Of a stretch of DNA of 64,000 nt, positions 55,066-64,000 are shown piece by piece. Made by a program: the position numbers and the translations under genes. The notes below the pieces were generated by a model. It searched no databases. It saw nothing but the letters and a program-made list of their open reading frames with translations, and was not told where the DNA came from. Source of the DNA: an uncultured virus (IMG/VR IMGVR_UViG_3300025154_000083) (taxonomy: Duplodnaviria > Heunggongvirae > Uroviricota > Caudoviricetes); the IMG/VR virus record IMGVR_UViG_3300025154_000083, positions 1 to 64,000 of that record, one strand, 5' to 3'. Each line of letters begins with the position of its first letter. Positions within the stretch are counted from its first letter, which is position 1.

Positions 55066-56901
55066 CTACTCTCCTTTCTCGGAATCAGCAGTCTTCCGGC
55101 TCAACCTCGGGGGAAGCTCGGAGCCTTGAAGGGAAGGGGGTGTTTTCTTGTCCGTTGAACCCAGAAAAGCAGGGGACGACAGATCATTATCAGACGAAGT
55201 TTTCAGCGATGCGGCAACCATTTCTTCGCTGAATGGATCGCTGGCCCCCTCTTCCCATCCGCCTTCTTCCTCGTCAGTCTTTCCATTCCCGGCCCCACCT
55301 TCCTCCCCGCCCTTCTTTTTGCTTCCACCCTTCCCCCGCTTCTTACGCTTATCCTCCAGCGCCTCCGGCTTTTCCGGCCTTCCCTCGACCGGCACGCCAT
55401 TCACGGCGACCACTTCCCCCTCCACCAAGTGCCATCCGTTCTCTTCCGGCTGCTCGGCGACCTTCGTCACAATGATATGTGCCCCGATCTTCGCGGCCCA
55501 CTCCCGGAGCACTCGCTGGCTATCCAGGTCCAGCTCGGCCCACGCCTTGTCGATGGTCAGCAATCCAATGTCAGGGTGGGACGCCATGCACACGGCGCAA
55601 CCCACGTGGATCTGCTCGGCGCCGGATGCCAGGGAGAGAGGATGACCATTGTACGTGACGACACCCTCGTCAAAGCCCAGCCCGAGAACCGGCATGCCGG
55701 CGGCCTCGATCAGCTCACCCTTGTAGTTTTTGAGTGCTGCCATGCGGTCGGTGTAGGATTGCGAAACGGCGCGCTGCGTTTCGAGGGAGGTCGTCGACGC
55801 TTTCCATGAAGTAATGGCGTTGAAGGTCTTGTTGGTGGCGTCGGCCGTGGATATGCGGGTGTCGACGTCCTGGAAGAGTGGAGTGAGGTCTTCGAGGGTG
55901 GTGAGGTGCTGTTCCATGGCCGCATGCTCATTTAGCATATTGGTAACTTCGATACGATGCGCTTCTTGTTCTGTTTTCATGACATCCAACGCTCGTTGTA
56001 GATCTGCAATTTGCTCTGCGATGTCTTGCATACTAAATTCACGCTCATTAATTCTGCGTTCTTGCGCTATAATCAATGTCTGGTAGTCTCTGGCCTTCTT
56101 CCGCTCATCGTCCTGCGCCGTCCTCCTCTCTTCCAGCGCCTTCCGCTCTTCAAACAAATCCTTGACCTTGACCTCCTCGACGCTCTCCCACCCTTCAGGC
56201 GGCGTAAAGCTGGCCTTCACCCCTTCAAGGCGCTTCACTTCGGCATTCACTTCCTTCCTGAGCTCGAAGAGCTTCTTGTGTGCCCGGTCGAAGGCTCCCA
56301 CGGAATCACGCAGGTGCTCGGCCTTGACGCCGGTAAATCCGGATCGCTTCATGAATTCATCGGGATCCGGGCGAAAGGTGATGAGGCGCTGGAGGGTCTC
56401 TATCTTCTCGGACTCACTCAGGCGGTTGAAGGCGATGGGGTCCTGGACGTTCTCACCGAGCCTTGAGGAGAGGAACTCCTGCGGCGACGGAGCGATGAAG
56501 CCGCCCTTGCCGATAATGGAAAGCGTGGTGGTATATCCTCCGGATGGAGATCCGTCTTTCCCTTCCTTGCGATTGATCACGCGCTTCACCAGATAATCCC
56601 CGAAGTCGATCAACCCCTCGGCCCGGTCGGTGCCGTCCCGGATGATGTCAGCGGAGATGTGTTTCTCGCCAAGCAGCATTCCCCACAGGCACTCGAGGAG
56701 GGAGCTTTTGCCTTGGCGGTTTTTGCCCGTGAGCAAGACTATGGGGTCGGAGGGATCGGGGCGGATGTCCACGACCTTGAGCTTCTTGAAGTTCTCGGCG
56801 TAGATCTGGACTACGCGGAGAGGGGTGGGGAGGGGCGCGGTGGTGGTGGTTGAAGCAGGATTGTCTTTCATTTCTTCATTGTCTTGTGTCTTATTTGGCA
56901 T
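55066..56901 (-). CDS. SMC/SbcC-like ABC ATPase
   Basis: ENFKKLK, Walker A GKNRQGKSS, coiled coil, signature ASGAEQ and Walker B LLTID. Confidence 0.85.
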   Translation of the reverse strand: MPNKTQDNEEMKDNPASTTTTAPLPTPLRVVQIYAENFKKLKVVDIRPDPSDPIVLLTGKNRQGKSSLLECLWGMLLGEKHISADIIRDGTDRAEGLIDFGDYLVKRVINRKEGKDGSPSGGYTTTLSIIGKGGFIAPSPQEFLSSRLGENVQDPIAFNRLSESEKIETLQRLITFRPDPDEFMKRSGFTGVKAEHLRDSVGAFDRAHKKLFELRKEVNAEVKRLEGVKASFTPPEGWESVEEVKVKDLFEERKALEERRTAQDDERKKARDYQTLIIAQERRINEREFSMQDIAEQIADLQRALDVMKTEQEAHRIEVTNMLNEHAAMEQHLTTLEDLTPLFQDVDTRISTADATNKTFNAITSWKASTTSLETQRAVSQSYTDRMAALKNYKGELIEAAGMPVLGLGFDEGVVTYNGHPLSLASGAEQIHVGCAVCMASHPDIGLLTIDKAWAELDLDSQRVLREWAAKIGAHIIVTKVAEQPEENGWHLVEGEVVAVNGVPVEGRPEKPEALEDKRKKRGKGGSKKKGGEEGGAGNGKTDEEEGGWEEGASDPFSEEMVAASLKTSSDNDLSSPAFLGSTDKKTPPSLQGSELPPRLSRKTADSEKGE

Positions 56902-57157
56902 TTTCGGTTTTCCTTTCTTCAAGTCGCGTCTTGATGAATCCGTAGACCTTGGAAGACATGAGCCGCTCCAGCCTGGAGATGATGGCATACTCCGTGCGGC
57001 CATGCTTTCCCACTGCATCATCCAGAAAGGCGAGGAAGGCGACGGTCAATTCCATGTCTTCCTTGTCGGTCCATGGCTGGCCTTTCTTAATGGAACGTGT
57101 TGAAGGTTTGATGTCGTAGTCGTCCGCATCCATCATGACCCTTGCCCTTCTCTCCAC
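56891..57157 (-). CDS. Hypothetical protein with Myb-like WTxxED motif
   Basis: KGQPWTDKED...HGRTEYAIISRL. Confidence 0.6.
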   Translation of the reverse strand: MERRARVMMDADDYDIKPSTRSIKKGQPWTDKEDMELTVAFLAFLDDAVGKHGRTEYAIISRLERLMSSKVYGFIKTRLEERKTENAK

Positions 57158-57882
57158 AAAACAGGCACCGTATCAGGGTTGGGACATCGAAACGACCACC
57201 ACCAGATTTCTCTGCGCTCCAAAACAAGACAATAGCCACCAGACAAGAAAGGACACATGAAAATCAACGCTCGATTCTCGCTTGATATTTTGTACATACC
57301 AAAGCGATTTCTAGCTGATTCAATGCCATTAGTCTTCCACTCCCGAAAGACCATGGGAGCCAAGTCTATCGCATCGGATAGGTCTGAAAGACACATTAAG
57401 TCGCCTATTTTTGCCCCGTTGAGGGATGCCCCGTCGAGGGATGCCCCGTCGAGGAATGCCCCGTTGAGGGATGCCCCGTTGAGGGATGCCCCGTTGAGGG
57501 ATGCCCTGTTGAGGAATGCCCCGTTGAGGAATGCCCCGTTGAGGGATGCCCTGTTGAGGGATGCCCCGACGAGGGATGCCCCGACGAGGGATGCCCCGTT
57601 GAGGGATGCCCCGACGAGGGATGCCCCGACGAGGCATCCCCCGACGAGGGATGCCCTGTTGAGGGATGCCCTGTTGAGGGATGCCCCGTTGAGGAATGCC
57701 CCGTTGAGGGATGCCCCGTCGAGGAATGCCCCGTTGAGGGATGCCCTGTTGAGATTGACTTTTAATCTTACAGCCAGTTCAAGCGCGGCTTTTAAGGCAT
57801 AACGCTCATTGCTTACATCTACTTCTGTCTCGAAAAGCACGGAAGCATCAAACCAAGATTTGATCTGTGTCAATACCTTCAT
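57133..57882 (-). CDS. Pentapeptide-repeat protein
   Basis: About 23 A(S/F)L(N/D/V)(G/R) repeats. Confidence 0.9.
   Translation of the reverse strand: MKVLTQIKSWFDASVLFETEVDVSNERYALKAALELAVRLKVNLNRASLNGAFLDGASLNGAFLNGASLNRASLNRASLVGGCLVGASLVGASLNGASLVGASLVGASLNRASLNGAFLNGAFLNRASLNGASLNGASLNGAFLDGASLDGASLNGAKIGDLMCLSDLSDAIDLAPMVFREWKTNGIESARNRFGMYKISSENRALIFMCPFLSGGYCLVLERREIWWWSFRCPNPDTVPVLWREGQGS
57413..57753. repeat. 15-bp tandem repeat, about 23 copies
   Basis: Consensus GCCCCGTTGAGGGAT; encodes the pentapeptide repeats. Confidence 0.95.
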
Positions 57883-57897
57883 TGAGCATTCTCCTCT

Positions 57898-58164
57898 TTA
57901 TTGCCAATCATCATCTTCGTTATTGTCGTTGTTTCCATCCCTTCCGTTCCCGCCCTTCCACTTCCCCTTATCCTCATCCAACTCCCCATGCCTCTCCCGG
58001 TAGGCAAGCTCCGTCTGGATGGCCTTGATGGCGCGGTCGTTGCCGTTGGCCGGGTCGCAGAACCACGATTGCTCCAGGAGCCACTCGAGGTAGCTACGCG
58101 GGATGTCCTCGACGGGCTTGCCCTTGTGGGCTTTGAAGGGGCAGGTCCAGAGTGATTGTGCCAT
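57898..58164 (-). CDS. DUF3820-like small protein
   Basis: PFKAHKGKPVEDIPRSYLEWL motif. Confidence 0.7.
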   Translation of the reverse strand: MAQSLWTCPFKAHKGKPVEDIPRSYLEWLLEQSWFCDPANGNDRAIKAIQTELAYRERHGELDEDKGKWKGGNGRDGNNDNNEDDDWQ

Positions 58165-58236
58165 GGTGATAAGCTCCTCCTTTCATAAGATTGTATTTTT
58201 TCGTGTTTCGCAGAATTGCAATTCCAATGCTTCGCG

Positions 58237-58569
58237 CTACTCCTCCAACTCCACCCGCAACCTCACCCTTGCCCGCGCCTCGCCGTTCCGAACGCTCAGC
58301 CGGTTTAGCTTGCGTTTGAGCTCGTGGTAGATCTCCATGCCGAAGAGATCAGCGAAGGAGTCTTCGTGGAGGGCTACGAAGTCTTCTGTAGGGTCGGGCT
58401 GATTGTCCGGATGACGCATCGGGTCGTATTTTGCCCCATAGCCAGCAACACTCTTCGCGGCATTCTCCCTTCCAAGGTGGACGAGGTTGCCGTGGAGGGT
58501 GGCGATTATGGTGATGGGGTCGGGGGTGAGGCGTGGCGGTGGCATTATGCTCGTCTTAATGGGTGGCAT
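58237..58569 (-). CDS. Hypothetical protein
   Basis: 110 aa with RBS AAGGAG. Confidence 0.65.
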   Translation of the reverse strand: MPPIKTSIMPPPRLTPDPITIIATLHGNLVHLGRENAAKSVAGYGAKYDPMRHPDNQPDPTEDFVALHEDSFADLFGMEIYHELKRKLNRLSVRNGEARARVRLRVELEE

Positions 58570-58705
58570 GGCTTGACTCCTTCTTTTTTAGACTTAAAAT
58601 CCAATTCCACAAAAATTCATTAACTTTTCCCTCTGACTTTCCCCTCCATTTTCAAACAATCCACAAACCCGCATGGCTACAACTTGAAAACGACTTCATG
58701 ACATC

Positions 58706-59278
58706 TCACTCCTTGAACTTTGCCAGCTTTCCGGCGGCGTGAAAGATCTCATGGCAGTCAGAGCACAAAACCACCAAGTCGGTGAGTAACTCATGAAAAA
58801 TCCGCTCATAGGTTCGGTGATGAACATTCAAACCCTTCCCGCCCGCTAGATTTTGAGCGTTGCAGACTTGGCATCGATACTCGGCCTCCTCGAGCTTTGC
58901 GCCTCTTACCGCGGACCACTCGGGGGACATGAGGTATTCATGGTAGATTTGGCGTCTGGTCTTGGGCGGAGGAGGCTGCGACAAAGACTGCGGGGCGGAT
59001 TGAGAAATAATAATTTTGTTCCTTGCCCCCAAAATTACGTATTGAGACCAGCCGAATAACGTACCAACAAGATCTTCCCACTGGCCTTCGGTTATCTCTG
59101 ATTCATTAATATAATGTGTTATCTCATTGAGATTATTGTCGATAACAGAAATCCACGCATCTCTTTCCCTGGATCTTTTATTTTCTTCCAGACATTTTAT
59201 GAAATCATAATCGTCATGGACCTTCTTTTCGTGTGGACTTTCTTCCCTGCCCATTTGAATCAATTCATCAAGCGTCAT
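58706..59278 (-). CDS. HNH endonuclease-domain protein
   Basis: YLMSPEW...CQVC...LNVHHRTY...DLVVLCSDCH. Confidence 0.85.
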   Translation of the reverse strand: MTLDELIQMGREESPHEKKVHDDYDFIKCLEENKRSRERDAWISVIDNNLNEITHYINESEITEGQWEDLVGTLFGWSQYVILGARNKIIISQSAPQSLSQPPPPKTRRQIYHEYLMSPEWSAVRGAKLEEAEYRCQVCNAQNLAGGKGLNVHHRTYERIFHELLTDLVVLCSDCHEIFHAAGKLAKFKE

Positions 59279-59311
59279 CCCGATTTCTCCTTTTCTCTAA
59301 AAAGTTTCTTC

Positions 59312-59417
59312 ATTGAAACATGGCTCAAAAGAGAATGCAAGGAAATTTTCACATGGGCAACAAAAAAATAATTCCCAATGAGAAATGATTTGACAAGCTG
59401 GTTGAAGTCGCTAGAAT
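59312..59417. promoter_or_regulatory. Divergent sigma70-like promoters
   Basis: Leftward TTGCAT(59340-59335)-17-TTCAAT. Rightward TTGACA(59390)-16-TAGAAT. Confidence 0.6.
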
Positions 59418-59438
59418 TGCGATGGAGGTTAAAATATC

Positions 59439-59624
59439 ATGCCAAAAGTCCCAATGAAGATGATTCCAAAGAAAACCATACGAGCGGCAGTAACGAAGGC
59501 CGGGAGTCTCGTGGCCCTGGCTGCCGTACTGGGTAAGAATCGCAGATCTATCTATGTTTATCTGGCAAAAAGGAAAGCTCCTGTTTCGGTTATAGAGCAA
59601 ATTAACGCATTTCTTGGCCGCTAA
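59439..59624 (+). CDS. Cro-like HTH protein
   Basis: 61 aa, basic, GSLVALAAVLGKNRRSIYVYL, RBS GGAGG. Confidence 0.7.
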   Translation: MPKVPMKMIPKKTIRAAVTKAGSLVALAAVLGKNRRSIYVYLAKRKAPVSVIEQINAFLGR

Positions 59625-59642
59625 GCACGGGAGCATTCCATT

Positions 59643-62561
59643 ATGGCTCACAAGCTCTTCGATGAAGTGAAGGCTGCTTCGGATTGTCGAGAATTGATCC
59701 GCCGCTTTTGGCCCGATCATTTCAAGGAAGTCGGAAATATCAAGTGTCCCTTTCATGGCGATTCCGGCCCGTCCATGTCGATCAAAAAGGAATTTGCCGT
59801 TTGCCACGGAGCTTGTCAAAAGTCGTGGAGCGCCATTGATTTGTATCAGGAGCATCATGGAAAGACGGGATGCTCCAAGAAAGAATTGATGGAGTTGGTC
59901 AAGGAGATGGCGCGGGAGCTTGGCTTTCCAGATTACGACAAAACTCCGACTCCCGGACACGCTGCAAGCAGAACATCATCCCCACCAACATCAGCCACCC
60001 TCAAGAACCGTTGGACAAAGTTCTGGGAAACTCCACTCTCCGAGAAAGCCAGGGAATACCTTGAAAAAGAACGTGGCATACCCAGAGATATCATTGATGA
60101 GTTGAACAAGAACTATCTTATTGGATTTCAGCCAAGTTTTGGAGAGCATGGAGCCATCGAGTTTCCAGTTCTTGACTGGCACAAGAAAACACTTCTGTCT
60201 ATTCAGCATGTTCCTGTTGGTGGTGGAGATAAGAAGTTTGTCAAGGGCGCATCCCCAAAAGACGGATTCTTCAAGCATGGGAACGGAGGAGACTACTGTG
60301 TTATTTCAGAAGCCGTGATTGATTCCCTTTCAATATACGCCGCATGTAGAAGCCAGATATTTCTCGATTCTGTTTCCATCTATTCTTCCGGAACATTTCA
60401 AAAGGTCAAGTTGATCCCTGGAAGCGTTCCTATTTTCTTTTTGGATGACGATCCAAGCGGCATCACCAACACGGTTCGGGCGCTACGAATGCTTGGTCCT
60501 GGAAGGGGGAAGTCCGTTGACTGGAGTCTTGCCGAGAAGGATAGTGGGAGTGGCGGTGAGGATGGAGCAACGTACCGCAGGGCAGCAAAAGACACCAATG
60601 ATTTATGGAAGGCTGGCAAGGGAGATGTCATCCTTAGGATGGTAAAGGGGGCCACGGGGAGCAGGGATGAAGACGGCTTAAAGGCAAGGTTGCTGTCTCT
60701 CGTGGATCGGGCAAGACAGAAAATACTCCATAAAGAATATAAGAAAGAGGATGACCGCGACAAGGACCTCATTGTTTTGGACAGGCTTGAAGCCGAGGTA
60801 AAGGCGCCGCCGACGGAAAAGGCAAAGAAAGACCCGTCCCAGCGCGAGGAAGCAATTAGCATCACAAAAAAAGATGGGGCCTACTGGAAAACAGAGTACA
60901 CTGCGACCGGCCCAGCCCCAAAGAAGATATCGAATTTTACCCTCTCCATCCTTCGCAACTTTTCTTCCCCCTCCGGGATGACCCGCCTCATCAAAATCAC
61001 CCACGAAAACGGATTCTCGGCTGAATCGGAGGTGTCCTCCACGATCATGGTGTCCCGGCAGACATTCGCCGCGTGGATTCTCGGGCAAGGGAACTTCCTC
61101 TTCAAGGGGACGCAAGCCGACCTCGAGAAGATGTGGGAGCTTGAGCTCGACGCCAATGACGGGAAGATCATTTATCGGCCGGACCATATCGGGTGGGTGC
61201 CAAGACAGGGCCTGTGGTTGTTCGGGGACTGCGCCGTGAAGGATGGAGACGTATTTGAGCCGGATACGGACGGCATCTATTGGGTGGATGAATCCGGGTA
61301 TCAGCCCATGGCAATCGATCTTTCCGAGACAAAGGAAGAGATTTGCAGTTCTGTCCCATCCCTTGAGTGGAGGGTGTCCGCGGAGGTATCCGAAAAGGCC
61401 AGGAAGGGGATAGTTGAAAAGCTCAAGCAGAACCTTGGGGGGTTCGAGGCGTATCTTGCCCTTGGGTTCGTGGCCGGCTGCGCGTACCTGGATGAGATTT
61501 TCCGGGAGTACAAGTTTCCCATCCTCTTCATCTTCGGTCGGCGCCAGTGCGGAAAGAACACCCTGGCCAACACGCTCATGTCTCATTGGGGACTCGGAGA
61601 ATGGTCGAGTGATAACGTGGTATCGATCACCAAGGCCGCGCTCTCGCGCAAGCTGGCGTACTATAGCAACATCCCCGTGTGGGTGGATGAGTACAGGTCC
61701 GGAGATCCCAAGTGCCAGGAAAAGGATTCACTGCTGAGATCCGCATACGACCGGGTGGGCGGGAGCAAGGGAACGTTGGGACCAGGGGTATTGAGCCCGA
61801 AGGTGCGGGCTCCGCTTATCGTCACTGGAGAGGGGTTCCCGTCGGACTCCGCGCTGACTTCCCGGTGTGCCATGATCCAGCTCAGCGAGATACGGAGGAA
61901 GGACGACCTTTATAGTGACATCAGGGATTACATGCCGAACCTGAGTGCCGTGTTTCTCTCTTTTCTAAGAAGCAAAACGCCGGGCAAGGCCAAGAAACTC
62001 TTGGAGCAGATCGAAAAATCAAAGAAGTGGCTTGAAGGGAAGGGCATGGACCCTAGGCTTTCCAGTGTATATGCCACGCTCAGCACGTCATTCTTGCAGA
62101 CCTATTATCCGGAGATTGACAGAGGCGAGGCCGAATTATTCAGGGACTGGATTCTCAAAGAAGCCCATGTCATGAAGGCAGAGAAGGAAGAGAAGCTCCT
62201 CACGCATGAATTTCTGTATGACATGGAGGTGCTCAGGGCCCGTGGAATATTGAATGGATCGCATGTTGAGATTGAGAGGAAAGTGGTTGATGGATACATG
62301 ACTCCCAGCCTCGTGTTTATTTGGCTCAAGGCTGTTTACAACATCTGGGCGGAAGACAGGAAGAGACGTGGAGAATCGGTATGGTCATATCAGGATCTCC
62401 AGAAATATTTCAGGGAAGAGCCATATTTTGTCGAGGATTCCAAGCTCAAAAAGATCAATCTGATACCAAGGAGATCCCTTGTTTTTGCATGGGATAAAAT
62501 TCCGATTGACATCCAGGAGGTTTTTAATGCAGGATGGAAAAATAAAGAGAAAACCTCTTAG
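59643..62561 (+). CDS. Primase-helicase (CHC2 zinc finger, TOPRIM, P-loop ATPase)
   Basis: CPFHGD..PS...CHGAC, ISEAVID and LDDDPSG, Walker A GRRQCGKN, Walker B WVDE. Confidence 0.9.
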   Translation: MAHKLFDEVKAASDCRELIRRFWPDHFKEVGNIKCPFHGDSGPSMSIKKEFAVCHGACQKSWSAIDLYQEHHGKTGCSKKELMELVKEMARELGFPDYDKTPTPGHAASRTSSPPTSATLKNRWTKFWETPLSEKAREYLEKERGIPRDIIDELNKNYLIGFQPSFGEHGAIEFPVLDWHKKTLLSIQHVPVGGGDKKFVKGASPKDGFFKHGNGGDYCVISEAVIDSLSIYAACRSQIFLDSVSIYSSGTFQKVKLIPGSVPIFFLDDDPSGITNTVRALRMLGPGRGKSVDWSLAEKDSGSGGEDGATYRRAAKDTNDLWKAGKGDVILRMVKGATGSRDEDGLKARLLSLVDRARQKILHKEYKKEDDRDKDLIVLDRLEAEVKAPPTEKAKKDPSQREEAISITKKDGAYWKTEYTATGPAPKKISNFTLSILRNFSSPSGMTRLIKITHENGFSAESEVSSTIMVSRQTFAAWILGQGNFLFKGTQADLEKMWELELDANDGKIIYRPDHIGWVPRQGLWLFGDCAVKDGDVFEPDTDGIYWVDESGYQPMAIDLSETKEEICSSVPSLEWRVSAEVSEKARKGIVEKLKQNLGGFEAYLALGFVAGCAYLDEIFREYKFPILFIFGRRQCGKNTLANTLMSHWGLGEWSSDNVVSITKAALSRKLAYYSNIPVWVDEYRSGDPKCQEKDSLLRSAYDRVGGSKGTLGPGVLSPKVRAPLIVTGEGFPSDSALTSRCAMIQLSEIRRKDDLYSDIRDYMPNLSAVFLSFLRSKTPGKAKKLLEQIEKSKKWLEGKGMDPRLSSVYATLSTSFLQTYYPEIDRGEAELFRDWILKEAHVMKAEKEEKLLTHEFLYDMEVLRARGILNGSHVEIERKVVDGYMTPSLVFIWLKAVYNIWAEDRKRRGESVWSYQDLQKYFREEPYFVEDSKLKKINLIPRRSLVFAWDKIPIDIQEVFNAGWKNKEKTS

Positions 62562-62607
62562 AAAATTGAATACTTATGATTAGTTATCAAGCGACATAAA
62601 TCCGCTG

Positions 62608-62976
62608 GTAACAGCAGGGGGACTACTGTTACCTTACTGTTACCGATCTGTTACCGAAAAAAACAAAGCAAAAACATATAGTTAAATCCATCAGTAACAG
62701 AGTAACAGCGATTCCCGAAAAACACCCTTACCAAAAGAATCCAGATCAAGAAGAAAAATTCAAAGAAGGTCGGTTTGGATTTTTTCTTTGCGTGGAGCTC
62801 CAAAAATTTTGGATGATATGATTTTTGCTGTTACCTGGCATTTTGCTGTTACCGAGGCCTTTGCGACAGGGATTTGATGGCCCCCTATATATATATTTTA
62901 TTAATAAATACAATAATATAATATAAGGGGGCTTTTCATTTTGTGTGGTAACAGCGCGGTAACATCTCGGTAACAG
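62608..62976. other. Putative replication origin with GTAACAG/CTGTTAC iterons
   Basis: Eleven iterons at 62608, 62626, 62637, 62648, 62694, 62702, 62828, 62846, 62948, 62959 and 62970, plus an AT-rich core at 62886-62926. Confidence 0.8.
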
Positions 62977-63068
62977 TTGAAGTAAAAATGATGGATAAAA
63001 GTCTATAGATCGGCATGGATTCTAAGTTTTCGTGTGTTACTTGACAGGTTTTGATACCCAAAAAACCG

Positions 63069-63096
63069 TTGACAATAATCAAAAACACACTATGAT
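63069..63096 (+). promoter_or_regulatory. Sigma70-like promoter
   Basis: TTGACA-16-TATGAT, 9 nt before the ATG, implying a near-leaderless transcript. Confidence 0.6.
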
Positions 63097-63105
63097 AAAG
63101 GCACT

Positions 63106-63333
63106 ATGAAAGAAAATAGTCAATCTCGCCAACCAACAAGCATCGTAATGTCCCTTGAGGCCAAGCGGCTTCGGGACAAAATCGCCAGCAAACTCGGCAT
63201 TTCAAAGTCCGCCGTGTGGGAGATCGCCGTCCGGAGACTCGCGGAGATGGAGGGGGTTGGGGCCGACCGTGAAGAGGGCACCGGAGAGAAGGCGGACCGG
63301 GAGACAGAGGAGAAAAGCCATGGATTGGGATGA
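63106..63333 (+). CDS. Ribbon-helix-helix (CopG-like) regulator
   Basis: TSIVMSLEAKRLRDKIASKLGISKSAVWEIAVRRLAE. Confidence 0.75.
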   Translation: MKENSQSRQPTSIVMSLEAKRLRDKIASKLGISKSAVWEIAVRRLAEMEGVGADREEGTGEKADRETEEKSHGLG

Positions 63334-63973
63334 ACTGCTACCCGAGAAGGAGCGGGCGCCACAAGCCAAGCAACAACCCCTCGAAGAGGAAGGGCTTCCA
63401 TCTTTAGGGCAAGACACCAATCCAGCTCTTCAAGGCGTGACCGGCCAGGCCACCACAATTGATCAGGCCGCATCTTCTGTTCCCCCACCCACCCCCACAC
63501 CACCACCAGGCTTCACCCTCCCTCCAGGCTGGACCTTCCCCGCCCCCGACACATCCGGAGCCCCGCTGAACCGCGTCATCAACGCCGCCTACCAGCAGAT
63601 CCACGGGGTTTACCTTACAATCAAGGCAAAGGAAGCGGAGGGGGAATTGACCCCGGAGCGCGCGGCGGAGCTGAGAGCGCGCCTCAACGCCGTCCTGAAA
63701 TCCGAGAAGGTAGTGAATGCCGAGGAGGCCATCGCCCGGGAATTCCGTTCCTTCCAGGATGCCGTGAATGGGAAGGGGGTGGCGTCAGACGGATCGGAAA
63801 GGAAGGCCGCGGGCGTCACGGGCGTCACGGACCACAAGGGCAAGGCGGCGGCGGCCGGGAATGTGCGGGCCGGGTGCGCTTGGCTCGTGAAGTATGTGCG
63901 ATGGTGGGTGTGGAGCGAGGAAGGAAAAGAAGGATCATCTCTTCAGGGCCAGGAAGGAGAGAAGGCGGTATGA
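63320..63973 (+). CDS. Hypothetical protein
   Basis: Likely start MDWDELL after RBS GAGGAG, within track ORF 63155..63973. Confidence 0.6.
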   Translation: MDWDELLPEKERAPQAKQQPLEEEGLPSLGQDTNPALQGVTGQATTIDQAASSVPPPTPTPPPGFTLPPGWTFPAPDTSGAPLNRVINAAYQQIHGVYLTIKAKEAEGELTPERAAELRARLNAVLKSEKVVNAEEAIAREFRSFQDAVNGKGVASDGSERKAAGVTGVTDHKGKAAAAGNVRAGCAWLVKYVRWWVWSEEGKEGSSLQGQEGEKAV

Positions 63974-64000
63974 GCGGTATGGTTGGAACAGGCGGCATAA

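Noticed and set aside
57413..57753. Possible CRISPR array
   Set aside because: Contiguous 15-bp units with no spacers; they encode pentapeptide repeats.
1..64000. Genome-wide stop-codon reassignment (code 15 or 4)
   Set aside because: Many genes end cleanly in TAG or TGA; only single interrupted codons occur at 34891 and 47973.
1..64000. Integron integrase, phage integrase or cas genes
   Set aside because: No tyrosine-recombinase or Cas motifs recognised; they may lie outside the window.

Overview
The window is an approximately 64 kb internal part of a podovirus-type tailed phage or prophage genome. The host is probably a Desulfobacterota/deltaproteobacterium, inferred from the MucR type, the type I-C CRISPR-like repeat and the candidate selenoprotein. 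Bases 1-35343 (+) form the virion module: capsid C-terminus, adaptors, nozzle, beta-helix tail spikes, ejection proteins and a 4576-aa polyvalent DarB-like protein. Bases 35371-64000 hold early, accessory and replication genes: MucR, HNH nucleases, DUF1643, radical SAM, RecD2, exonuclease, SMC-like ATPase, pentapeptide protein, primase-helicase and an iteron origin. Terminase, portal, lysis and integrase genes were not recognised. Main observations: (1) six canonical integron attC sites package phage accessory genes as cassettes, with no integron integrase in view; (2) one cassette encodes a PAPS-reductase-family protein with an in-frame UGA at a conserved Cys and a SECIS-like hairpin, a candidate phage selenoprotein; (3) a solitary type I-C CRISPR repeat, a candidate RNA anti-CRISPR; (4) a ~300-nt tRNA-like RNA; (5) a heavily iterated palindrome CCTTSAAGG that often marks G-rich to C-rich switches; (6) candidate out-of-frame genes nested in the giant gene; (7) signal peptides on tail-spike-like proteins. 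All family calls come from motif recognition by eye, not from database searches.
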